A DNA stretch of 64,000 nt from Opitutia bacterium (GTDB lineage Bacteria; Verrucomicrobiota; Verrucomicrobiia; Opitutales; JABJCN01). Location of the stretch: the NCBI GenBank assembly GCA_038125285.1, contig JAYPDO010000001.1, positions 5,605-69,604 on the forward strand, given 5' to 3'. The first letter of the stretch is position 1. Each line of letters opens with the position of its first letter. The translations under genes and the position numbers were made by a program. Shown in pieces: positions 1 to 8,510 of the stretch. The notes under the pieces are model-generated. The model did not search any database and was not told where the DNA came from. It worked only from the letters and a program-made list of their open reading frames with translations.

Positions 1-842
1 AGGCCATAGACGCAGCCTTTCAGGAAGTCGAAAAGGCCGGGGAGATCATGAGCTTGTACCATGCGGACAGCCAAGTCAGCCGTTTGAACCGGGATGGGGA
101 ATTGGCATCGCCCCATCCTTGGTTGGTGGAGGCCCTTCGCCTGGCCACCGAGACATCAAAGATGAGCGACGGCGACTTCGACATCACGGTCCAGCCACTG
201 TGGGGCTTGTATTACAAGGCGAAAAAGGAAGGCAGGCTGCCAAATCCGGAGGAGATCCGGGTGGCGAAGGAGAAAGTCGGGTGGCAAAAGGTAGAGGTGG
301 GTGCGGACAGGATTCAACTCCATGGCAAAGGCACGGCCATCACCCTCAACGCCATCGCACAAGGATTTGCGGCGGACAAGGCGGCGACCGCACTGGTACA
401 CCACGGGGTCGAACATGCCTTGGTCGACACCGGTGAGTTTGCAGCGATAGGCAAAAGTGGCAAAGGCCGCCCTTGGAAGGTTGGCATCCAGCATCCCAGG
501 GAGCCGGACGCCTTTGTTGCGGTGGCAAGTTTGGAGGGTTGTTGCCTTTCAACTTCGGGGGACTATGCGACAAAGTTCAGCGACGACCACACCTTCCACC
601 ACATCTTCGAGCCAAGCACAGGGAAATCCCCTCCCGGACTCTCCAGCGTCTCAGTCTGCGCCCCTTCCGCAACGCTGGCCGACGCACTTTCCACGACCCT
701 TTCCGTTTCTGGCGTCAGCCGAGGGTTGGTGATGCTTCGGGAGATGCCGAGAACCGAAGCCCTGTTCGTCCTCAAAAACGGTAAGATCTTCGCCACGAAA
801 AACTTTCCCTGGACGAAAGCCCGTTTTAAGGAGCAAATATAG
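1..842 (+). CDS. apbE: FAD:protein FMN transferase ApbE (5' end outside window)
   Basis: Frame 3 is open from base 3 (AIDAAFQEVEKAGEIMSLYH...). ApbE-like motifs SQVSRLN, DITVQPLWGLY, NAIAQGFAADK, LSTSGDY. Stop at 840-842. Confidence 0.85.
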   Translation, partial: AIDAAFQEVEKAGEIMSLYHADSQVSRLNRDGELASPHPWLVEALRLATETSKMSDGDFDITVQPLWGLYYKAKKEGRLPNPEEIRVAKEKVGWQKVEVGADRIQLHGKGTAITLNAIAQGFAADKAATALVHHGVEHALVDTGEFAAIGKSGKGRPWKVGIQHPREPDAFVAVASLEGCCLSTSGDYATKFSDDHTFHHIFEPSTGKSPPGLSSVSVCAPSATLADALSTTLSVSGVSRGLVMLREMPRTEALFVLKNGKIFATKNFPWTKARFKEQI

Positions 843-866
843 GTCGTATCCTTCCAATAAGACCGA

Positions 867-1284
867 TTATACCAACTCCTTGATATGCCCGTCGGCTTCG
901 CCGCAATGGCTACTTTTTCGGAATGGGTCATCTGGGCGGCGACCCTCTTCACCACCGCAAACGCAAGGGCCGAATCGGGACGCGGCTTCTGCTTGGGCGG
1001 CATTTTCCCCAGGTTGGTCGCTTCCATGACCTCGATCCACTCGTCGGAAGGCTCCGAAACAAACTTCGTCCCCAGCTTCCCACATATCCAGCCCGGCCTT
1101 GGCCGTCTTGGTATCGTGGCACTCCAGGCTGTGTTCCTCAAAAAACGGCCAGACCTTCTTCCCGAAGTCCCCACCGGTCCCTGGGGCAACCTCCCCGGCA
1201 TCCTGGGGTGCCTTGGCAATCGAGTACTGGCCGGATCCGGCGGCAAAAACCAAAAAAAAGAAGAAAACAACGGGCGAAGCTCAT
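867..1284 (-). pseudogene. Broken small secreted cytochrome-c-domain (planctomycete PSCyt-like) gene; needs two frame changes
   Basis: The ATG at 1284 overlaps the upstream stop (ATGA, 1281-1284) and gives MSFARCFLLFF. The frame is lost in an A8/T8 run (1252-1259). The next frame reads VFAAGSGQYSIAKAP...KVWPFFEEHSLECHDTKTAKAGLDMWEAG. A third frame from about 1075 reads KFVSEPSDEWIEVMEATNLGKMPPKQKPRPD, the pattern of PSCyt-type N-domains. The heme motif is degenerate (SLECH, one Cys). Confidence 0.4.
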
Positions 1285-2480
1285 GGTGCGGAGTTCCCTG
1301 TTACAGGAGTTCGTGAATAGGAAGAAGCGCGGCTTTCATTCCCTGTTCCTTGGGCTTTCAGCGCACTTTTGGCAGCTTGGCGGACAAAATCCTTCCGGTC
1401 CCCCGTGGAAAGCTCCCGGAGTTTCAGGAAAGTCCCATTGTCTTCCATGCCCAAACGCCCCAAAGCATCACAAGCCGCACCACGGATATCCGGGTCAGGG
1501 TCGCCAAGTAATTGTCCGAGCATAGCCTCCGTACCGGGGGGATTTGCACCGATCCTCCCAAGGGCGCATAGCGTGGCCAAGCGTAAGTAGTGGTCAGGTT
1601 CCCCAAGCTGGCGAATCAGTTTCGGGACGGCAAGGCTGGCCGGCTTCCCTACTAACCCCAACGCTTCGGACGCAAACCTACGGTTACCCGGGGAACCGGA
1701 CTCCATGGCAACCAGGAGAGCCGGAACTGCAGCCCTTCCTGCTCTCCCCAATGCTTCCGCGCTGGCCATGGCGAGTTGCGGATTCCCCTCGTCCAGGCAT
1801 CGGACCAGGATTGGAATGACGGCATCAGGAAACCCGTCCATCCTGGCAAAGGCTTGGGCGGCTAGGTACCTTCCGGGGAGTCCGGGACGGGCGATGTAAG
1901 CGGCTAGGTGCGGAGCCGCAGGTTTCCCGATGCTGGCCAAGTGACGCACGACACGGCCGGTCACGATCCAATCAGCGGATGCGAGTTCCATAACCAGCCC
2001 GGCAATGTACTTCCCGTCTTCCCGGAATTTCCACAACGCCCAGTTCGCGCTGGCACGGACGATGCCATGCGGATCCTCGAGGCACTTTTCCAGGGGAATG
2101 GCCACCTCCGGCTTGCCCACCCCCAACATCCCGAGGGCTTCGGCGGCAGCGGCACGGACATCGCTGTCGTCGTCGCCGAGCATAAGGACAATCCTCGGGA
2201 CTTCCCCCCTAGCAGACTTCCCCATCTTGCCCAAGGCCAAGACGGCTTGCCAGCGGACATTGTCGTCAAAGTCCCGGAGGGCGGGGAGCAACTCGGGGAT
2301 AGCCGGGCTTCCGATTTTTACAATTTCCTCGATGGCCGCCTCCATCTCCTCGGGGTCATAAATCCGGGCGGCGGCAATGAGGCGGTCAACTTGTTCCTTT
2401 GCATCCGACACCCCATCCGCTGCAAACAGGCAACATGAATTGGCCAAACATGCCAACCCAAGCCAAAGGAGGTTTCGCAT
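1281..2480 (-). CDS. Secreted HEAT-repeat (PBS-lyase HEAT-like) protein
   Basis: Repeated ...D.D..VR..AA.ALG..G... units throughout. Signal peptide MRNLLWLGLACLANSCCLFAADG from the ATG at 2480. An upstream ATG at 2522 would overlap the preceding gene by 26 nt. Confidence 0.8.
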   Translation of the reverse strand: MRNLLWLGLACLANSCCLFAADGVSDAKEQVDRLIAAARIYDPEEMEAAIEEIVKIGSPAIPELLPALRDFDDNVRWQAVLALGKMGKSARGEVPRIVLMLGDDDSDVRAAAAEALGMLGVGKPEVAIPLEKCLEDPHGIVRASANWALWKFREDGKYIAGLVMELASADWIVTGRVVRHLASIGKPAAPHLAAYIARPGLPGRYLAAQAFARMDGFPDAVIPILVRCLDEGNPQLAMASAEALGRAGRAAVPALLVAMESGSPGNRRFASEALGLVGKPASLAVPKLIRQLGEPDHYLRLATLCALGRIGANPPGTEAMLGQLLGDPDPDIRGAACDALGRLGMEDNGTFLKLRELSTGDRKDFVRQAAKSALKAQGTGNESRASSYSRTPVTGNSAP

Positions 2481-2496
2481 CTGCTGTGAGCAAACC

Positions 2497-3936
2497 CTAG
2501 GCGATAAGATCGTCGACAACATGGCCGGACTCCCCTACCCCGGTGAGGCGGTTGTCGAGGCCTTTGAAACGGAAGGTCAGCTTTTTGTCGTCGAGGCCGA
2601 AGAGCTTAAGGAGGGTTGCTTGGAAGTCATTCACGTGGACAGGGTTTTCCGCGACGTGCCATCCAAGGTCGTCAGACTTTCCGTGGGTGTAGCCGGGTTT
2701 GCTTCCGCCGCCGGCCATCCACATGCTGAAGGCGAAGGGGTGGTGGTCGCGGCCGTCATTGCCTTGGGCAAGGGGTGTGCGCCCAAACTCGGTTCCCCAG
2801 ACCACGAGGGTTTCATCCAGCATGCCGCGTTGTTTGAGATCCTTGATCAGGGCGGCCATGCCTTGGTCGACGGCCTTAGCGTTGCTGTTGATATTGCCGG
2901 CGAGCCCGCCGTGGGCATCCCAACCGCCGTGGAAAATGTTGACGAAGCGGACGCCCCGCTCGACCAAGCGGCGGGCGAGCAAGCAGTTCTTGGCAAAGTC
3001 TCCGGGACCATAGGATTCCAGGGTGGCCTGGCTTTCCTTTCCAGTGTCGATCAACTCCGGGGCGGCGGTCTGCATGCGGAAGGCGAGTTCATAGGCGTCG
3101 ATGCGGCTTTGGATCTCGCCGTCATCCTGGATGCCAAGGCGTTCTTTGTTCAGGTCGGCCAGGGCGTCGAGGGAGGAGCGCTGGACTTGGGTGGTAAGGC
3201 CGGCCGGATTGTTCAAATTGAGGACGGGTTCGCCCTGGTTACGGAAGAGAACTCCACCGTAGCTAGAGGGCAAAAAGCCGTTGGTGTAGAGGGTCGCACC
3301 GCCCCGGGCCGCCCCCCCGGCGGTGAGGACGACATAGCCGGGCAAGTTCTCGGACTCGCTCCCTAAGCCGTAAGTGACCCAGGAACCGATGCTCGGGCGG
3401 CCAAATTGTTGCATCCCGCAACACATGGCAAGTTGGCCGGGATGGTGGTTGAACGCCTCCGTCTTCATGGAGTGGATCATGCAGATGTCGTCGGCGCAGG
3501 AGGAAAGGTGCGGCAAGGCGTCGGAGAACCACATCCCTGATTGGCCGTACTGCTTGAACTCGCGTTTGGAGGCCAGCACCTTGGCGTTTTTGTTGATGAA
3601 GGCAAAACGGACGCCTTCGGTAAGGGAGTCGGGCAAAGTTTCTCCGTTGTGCTCCACCAACTTGGGTTTGTAGTTGAAAAGTTCGAACTGGCTCGGTGCC
3701 CCGGCGAGGTACACGAAGATACATGCTTTGGCCGGGGCTTTCTTGAAGTGTGGGTCTTTCGGGGCGAGCGGATCCGTACGCGAAGACTTGGCGGCAGAAA
3801 GGTCGTTGGAGAGAAGGGAGGATAGGGCGATGCCCCCAAGTCCGCTGGCGCTGGTCGTGAGGAATTGGCGGCGGGAGGCGAGCATTTGGATCTGGTGGTA
3901 GGTAAGTTTCATGGCAATTCGGGTTCTAAAAATCAT
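2497..3936 (-). CDS. DUF1501 family protein (sulfatase/phosphatase-like fold) with Tat-type signal
   Basis: SRRQFLTTSASGLGGIAL twin-arginine motif. Typical DUF1501 blocks (GGWDHG-like GGWDAHG, FGRTP, GRDHH). The start ATG overlaps the upstream stop as ATGA (3933-3936). Confidence 0.9.
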   Translation of the reverse strand: MIFRTRIAMKLTYHQIQMLASRRQFLTTSASGLGGIALSSLLSNDLSAAKSSRTDPLAPKDPHFKKAPAKACIFVYLAGAPSQFELFNYKPKLVEHNGETLPDSLTEGVRFAFINKNAKVLASKREFKQYGQSGMWFSDALPHLSSCADDICMIHSMKTEAFNHHPGQLAMCCGMQQFGRPSIGSWVTYGLGSESENLPGYVVLTAGGAARGGATLYTNGFLPSSYGGVLFRNQGEPVLNLNNPAGLTTQVQRSSLDALADLNKERLGIQDDGEIQSRIDAYELAFRMQTAAPELIDTGKESQATLESYGPGDFAKNCLLARRLVERGVRFVNIFHGGWDAHGGLAGNINSNAKAVDQGMAALIKDLKQRGMLDETLVVWGTEFGRTPLAQGNDGRDHHPFAFSMWMAGGGSKPGYTHGKSDDLGWHVAENPVHVNDFQATLLKLFGLDDKKLTFRFKGLDNRLTGVGESGHVVDDLIA

Positions 3937-6900
3937 TCGCGGGTGATCACTTCGTCGAGGTTAAGGACGGTACGGCAGGCGACGATCCAGGCTGCGGCTT
4001 TCGCGGGATCGACGCCCCCGATACCATCCTTGAGAAGTTCTTTCGCCCCGGCGTCATCCTTGGCGTACATGCCGGAAACTTGGTCCAGTAACATCAATAC
4101 GCGCTTGCGCTCGAAGTCCGATGGAGGGCGGGCGACGACCCGGCGAAAGAGTTCCTCCAACCGTTCGGCATCTTCTGCCCCAGCATTTCCCAACAAGGCC
4201 TTGGCCATTTCGCGGGCGGCTTCCACGAATATGGTACTGTTCAACAACGTGAGTGCCTGGAGAGGGGTGTTCGAACGTTCCCGGCGGGTGCAGGAAAGGA
4301 TGGCCTCGGGGCGGTCGAAGGTCATTAGCATGGGTAGCATTAAATTGCGCTGGAGATGGATGTACATCCCGCGCCGGAGAAGGTCGTCCCCTTTGTCCGG
4401 GGTCCATTTGTTGATGAACTGGACACGGGTGACACTATCGGGCAAGGGTGGGCGGAAACTGGGTCCGCCAATTTGTGGGTTGAGCAGGCCCGCGGAAGCC
4501 AGGAATTGGTCGCGCACCAGTTCAGCCTGGAGCCGGAATCGGTTTTGGCGGGCGAGGAGGCGGTTTTCCGGGTCTTTCGAATTGAGTTCCCCCGAGGATT
4601 GGGAGGCCTGTTGGTAGGTATCGGACAAGACGATGAGTTTGATGAGTTTTTTGCGGCTCCAACCGAGGCGTTGGAACTCTGTAGCCAACCAGTCAAGGAG
4701 TTCCGGGTGGGAAGGCGGCTCGCCTTGGGTTCCAAAGTCGTCCGGCGTCCGGACAAGGCCTTGGCCAAAGAGTTCCGCCCAGATTTGGTTCACCGCTACG
4801 CGGGAAGTGAGGGGGTTGTCCGGAGAGACAATCCAGCGCGCCAGGTCCAAACGGTCGGCAGGGTCTCCACGCACTTTCAGCCCAGGCAAGAAGGTGGGTG
4901 TCCCCGACTCGACGGAGGATCCCTTGTCCCGGAAATTGCCCCGGAGGTGGACCTGGGTTTTGCGCGAACCACCCTCGGCCATCACATGGAGCAACGCCTC
5001 GGGCTTCTTCGGTTTCTTTTTCAAGTGGTCGTCGAGGGCTTTCTTGAGCTTCTGTCCTTCCAGGTCTTGAGTCAGGTAGAAATCATACAGTTTCCTCGCC
5101 TCCCCTTCCTCCCTTTCCTTGGATGAGAGGATCTTGAGGATATCGGCGTCCAAGCCTTCGGCAGTACCTTGGGCGGGATTGGGGTCGTCCGTCACCTCGA
5201 CTTTGAAGCTGACTTCCGGGGCCTTCGCTTTCCATTGCAACCGGATGGTGAGTTGCGCGCCATCAGGACCCCATTCCGGTTTGGCAAACTGCTTGCCCGC
5301 CGGAACTTCCACAGGCAGGTACTCGAACTGGAAGGCATAATCCCGAGAAGGGATGCTCTTGAACTTGGCCACTTCCAGTTTGTCGCCTTCTTTAGGTTTC
5401 TTACCCATCGGGTAATAGATCGTGTCCCCTTTGCCGCCGACAAACGTCGGCCCGCCGTTACCCCAGTGGGCAAAGACGTCACCGCGCACAACTTCCCATT
5501 GGGCTCCAAGGTCGAATTCCCTCTCCCCCTTTGTCCCGTCTGATGTGAATTGCTTCATCTGGACAACGTCGAGCTTCTCCCCGTCCGGACGCAGGAGGAA
5601 TACGGTAAAGGTGCTGCCATTGCCAGCATTGGTGAAGACCTTAATTTTCCCGACTGTCCCCCGACCTGGAACCGGGGAACCATAGTACACATTCAACAGG
5701 GCGGTCGCGCCGTCCTGGGAACCTGTTTTCAAACTGTTACCCAGCCAACCACCCTCTGTAGGGGGAAGGCCGGTAGTGAGGACCAGGGAGTTGTCCGGGT
5801 CAGACCAGGAGAGTTTCCAACCTTCGTCCGTATTTGGATCCAGGATTCCGGGGGCAACCGCACTTTCCAACCAAAGCGAGCCATTGGCACTGGCCGACTT
5901 TGCTTCGGCTTCCAGAAAACGGACGGTTGCGTCCTCCCTGGCCTTCCCTTCCGGTTTGATTCGCAGGGCAGTCATTTTCCCAGGAGGAGCCTTCCCGGTG
6001 AGTTCGAGGATATTGTCCCCTGCCTGGGTGGTCCGCACGGACTCCAACGGCTTCCAACGGTCTTGCAAAAGCTGCAACTGCCGGGCTTCCCACACCTTCT
6101 GCCTTTCGACGATTTTCGGGCGCTCCGCTTCCAGCTTAGCCTCCAGTTCGGAAGCCTTCTTTTCATGTTCGGCAAGTGCCTCTTCGTACATTGCCATGTC
6201 GGCCGGGGGCGCATCGGTTTTCAAGTCCTTCTCGTTGGTGCTGTTGAAAAAGGAGAACAACTGGTAGTACTCGCGTTGGGAAAGCGGGTCGTATTTGTGT
6301 GAATGGCATTCAGCGCAACCAACCGTCAACCCCATCCAGACGGAGAAGGTGGTGTTGGTGCGGTCGATGACGGCCTTGACGCGGAACTCCTCAGCATCGA
6401 CCCCGCCCTCGCGGTTGGTCAGGGTATTGCGGTGGAAACCGGTGCCTTGCTGCACGAGTTCAGTCGCCCCGGGAAGGAGGTCGCCCGCAAGTTGCTGGAC
6501 GGTGAATTCGTCGAACGGCAGGTCGCGGTTAATGGCGTCGATGACCCAGTCGCGCCACCTCCACGCATGGGGGCGCGGGGTGTCTTTTTCATAGCCGTCG
6601 CTGTCAGCATAGCGGGCACTGTCGAGCCAGGACATCGCCCATTTTTCACCGAAGTGCGGGGAGGCCAGAAGTTGGTCGGCCATCCGTCCGAATGCCTCCG
6701 GGGAATTGTCCGCCTCAAAGGCCTTCTGGATTTCGGGGGAAGGCGGTAGGCCGGTCAAGTCGAGGGATAGCCTGCGGAGCAATGTGTTGCGGTCGGCTTT
6801 CGGGGAAGGCGCCAGCTTTTCAGCAGCCAACCGGAAGCGGACAAACTTGTCGATTGGGTGGTCTTCGGGACGGTCTGGCAAAGCCGGCGAAGACACCGGC

Positions 6901-7322
6901 AGGAAGGACCAAAAGTCGGGGACTTCCTCCACATCGTCCACCCCGTCCGGCCAGACGGCACCTTGGGCAATCCACTTCTTGAGGACATCGATTTGGGCTG
7001 CCGTCAAATGCTTGCCCTTAGGTGGCATGATGTCGTCCTTGTCGTCCGTCTCCACCCGGTAGACCAACTCGCTTTCCCCCGGCTTCTCCAGGTCGATGAC
7101 CTTCCCCGAATCGCCGCCATGGAAGACGAGTTTCTTCACGTCCAGCCGCAAGCCCCCTTCCCGCTTCTCCGCCCCGTGGCACTTCACGCAGTGGTCGTGC
7201 AAAATCGGCCGGACATCGCGGATGTAGTCAATGGCGGCGGGCTCATTGGACCAGGCTTCCGTGGAACCCAGGAACAACAGGGCAAGGGTGAGTGTGCAGG
7301 TAAGCGGGGAAAGGTTTCTCAT
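3933..7322 (-). CDS. PSCyt1 / DUF1549 (PSCyt2) / DUF1553 (PSD1) protein with a large internal insert
   Basis: Signal peptide MRNLSPLTCTLTLALLFLGSTEAWS from the ATG at 7322. CVKCHGAEKREGGLRLD heme-type motif (about 7176-7190). DUF1549 block LLRRLSLDLTGLPP. GCAECHSHKYDP. DUF1553 C-terminal blocks. The track ORF extends to 7373, but that N-terminus lacks a signal peptide. Confidence 0.9.
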   Translation of the reverse strand: MRNLSPLTCTLTLALLFLGSTEAWSNEPAAIDYIRDVRPILHDHCVKCHGAEKREGGLRLDVKKLVFHGGDSGKVIDLEKPGESELVYRVETDDKDDIMPPKGKHLTAAQIDVLKKWIAQGAVWPDGVDDVEEVPDFWSFLPVSSPALPDRPEDHPIDKFVRFRLAAEKLAPSPKADRNTLLRRLSLDLTGLPPSPEIQKAFEADNSPEAFGRMADQLLASPHFGEKWAMSWLDSARYADSDGYEKDTPRPHAWRWRDWVIDAINRDLPFDEFTVQQLAGDLLPGATELVQQGTGFHRNTLTNREGGVDAEEFRVKAVIDRTNTTFSVWMGLTVGCAECHSHKYDPLSQREYYQLFSFFNSTNEKDLKTDAPPADMAMYEEALAEHEKKASELEAKLEAERPKIVERQKVWEARQLQLLQDRWKPLESVRTTQAGDNILELTGKAPPGKMTALRIKPEGKAREDATVRFLEAEAKSASANGSLWLESAVAPGILDPNTDEGWKLSWSDPDNSLVLTTGLPPTEGGWLGNSLKTGSQDGATALLNVYYGSPVPGRGTVGKIKVFTNAGNGSTFTVFLLRPDGEKLDVVQMKQFTSDGTKGEREFDLGAQWEVVRGDVFAHWGNGGPTFVGGKGDTIYYPMGKKPKEGDKLEVAKFKSIPSRDYAFQFEYLPVEVPAGKQFAKPEWGPDGAQLTIRLQWKAKAPEVSFKVEVTDDPNPAQGTAEGLDADILKILSSKEREEGEARKLYDFYLTQDLEGQKLKKALDDHLKKKPKKPEALLHVMAEGGSRKTQVHLRGNFRDKGSSVESGTPTFLPGLKVRGDPADRLDLARWIVSPDNPLTSRVAVNQIWAELFGQGLVRTPDDFGTQGEPPSHPELLDWLATEFQRLGWSRKKLIKLIVLSDTYQQASQSSGELNSKDPENRLLARQNRFRLQAELVRDQFLASAGLLNPQIGGPSFRPPLPDSVTRVQFINKWTPDKGDDLLRRGMYIHLQRNLMLPMLMTFDRPEAILSCTRRERSNTPLQALTLLNSTIFVEAAREMAKALLGNAGAEDAERLEELFRRVVARPPSDFERKRVLMLLDQVSGMYAKDDAGAKELLKDGIGGVDPAKAAAWIVACRTVLNLDEVITRE

Positions 7323-7348
7323 TGCGATATTAAGACTGCAGGTTCCAC

Positions 7349-8347
7349 TCACTTGGGTTTCTGCACCACGCAAACCGGGTCGTCCGGGACAGGTTTGCCG
7401 ACTTCCCCGACAGGATGCGTGTAGAGATAGCGCCAGACGTCATGCCACCTTTCCCCACGGACGACAATGGAGTGGGCCTTCTTTGCATCACCGCCGACAT
7501 CGAAGTCGGTGACGAGGCGGCGGGAGTTGCCGTAGGGCGGGCGGGACTTTTCGACGTTCACGAGCGGACCGAACTTTGCCAGCCCGAGCATTTGCCAGGA
7601 ACGGCAATAATGGTTGCCCGTCCAGCCGCTGTCGAGGATGTGGGTGAAGCCGAAATAGCGGTTTTCGGGGGTGGCCGAAGGAAGGGCTTGCCAGGACTCC
7701 AACTGGTCACGCGGGCCAGACAATGAAACGACCCGGGCGACTTTCTGGTGCTTGGCAAAACGGGCGGCGGTAGTCGAACCATGGGAAATGCCGGAGAGGA
7801 TAACTTTTTCCCAAAGCAAATCCTTGCCGTCCTTGGACAGGAATTGCCCCCATTTTCCCTCCGGGTTTTCCTTGGCCAACCACTTGACCAGCTGGACGGA
7901 ACGGGCGGCAAGGCCATCAGGCTTCGGGATGTTGACCAGCGGGCTATGGTCTTCCCCAGTGGACGCCTCCAGGCGGATGTTGCCGAGGCATTCGCCTGTG
8001 TCATGGGTCTCTTTGGGAACGGTGGAAAACCAACGGTTTGCATAGTGGGGCTGGATGTAGTGAAGCCCGAGGCCGGAGAGGTATCCGGCCAGCTCCTTGT
8101 TGTGCCCCATTAACCAGATGACAAGTTGCCCACGTGAGGGCGCACTGGTGTCCACCACTGCGTACTGGAGGTCCTGGGCTTTTCCTTTTGCATCCTTGAA
8201 AGTGAAACCAATTTCCGGATGTTCCTTGGCCTGGGGGTTAATCTCGCTGGCACGGACAGACAGCTCTTTTTGCCCGCCAAAAGCAAAGGTTCCCAGGGAC
8301 AACAGGGCAAGGGTGAGGTTACAGGTTAGACGGGAGAGTTTTTTCAT
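7349..8347 (-). CDS. Secreted hypothetical protein, possible alpha/beta-fold hydrolase
   Basis: Signal peptide MKKLSRLTCNLTLALLSLGTFAFG. GxSxG-like GISHG within VILSGISHGSTTAARFA. No closer family recognised. Confidence 0.65.
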   Translation of the reverse strand: MKKLSRLTCNLTLALLSLGTFAFGGQKELSVRASEINPQAKEHPEIGFTFKDAKGKAQDLQYAVVDTSAPSRGQLVIWLMGHNKELAGYLSGLGLHYIQPHYANRWFSTVPKETHDTGECLGNIRLEASTGEDHSPLVNIPKPDGLAARSVQLVKWLAKENPEGKWGQFLSKDGKDLLWEKVILSGISHGSTTAARFAKHQKVARVVSLSGPRDQLESWQALPSATPENRYFGFTHILDSGWTGNHYCRSWQMLGLAKFGPLVNVEKSRPPYGNSRRLVTDFDVGGDAKKAHSIVVRGERWHDVWRYLYTHPVGEVGKPVPDDPVCVVQKPK

Positions 8348-8380
8348 TCCGTGCAGTTAATAGCCCGGGGCTAAGGGATG

Positions 8381-8394
8381 CTAGAATTTTCTAG
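8381..8394. promoter_or_regulatory. Perfect 14-bp palindrome CTAGAATTTTCTAG in a divergent promoter region
   Basis: Read directly from the sequence. It lies between the minus-strand operon start (8347) and the plus-strand lipoprotein gene (8511). Confidence 0.25.
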
Positions 8395-8510
8395 AGAAGA
8401 GCAAGCAGAGGTTGGAGTGCTTGCCAGTAGAGCAATTCTGTAGTCCGTACTCCTCCGCTGCCTCTATTTCATCAGTTTCCTCCTTTTCAAAATCTCATCA
8501 TTAGGATTGC

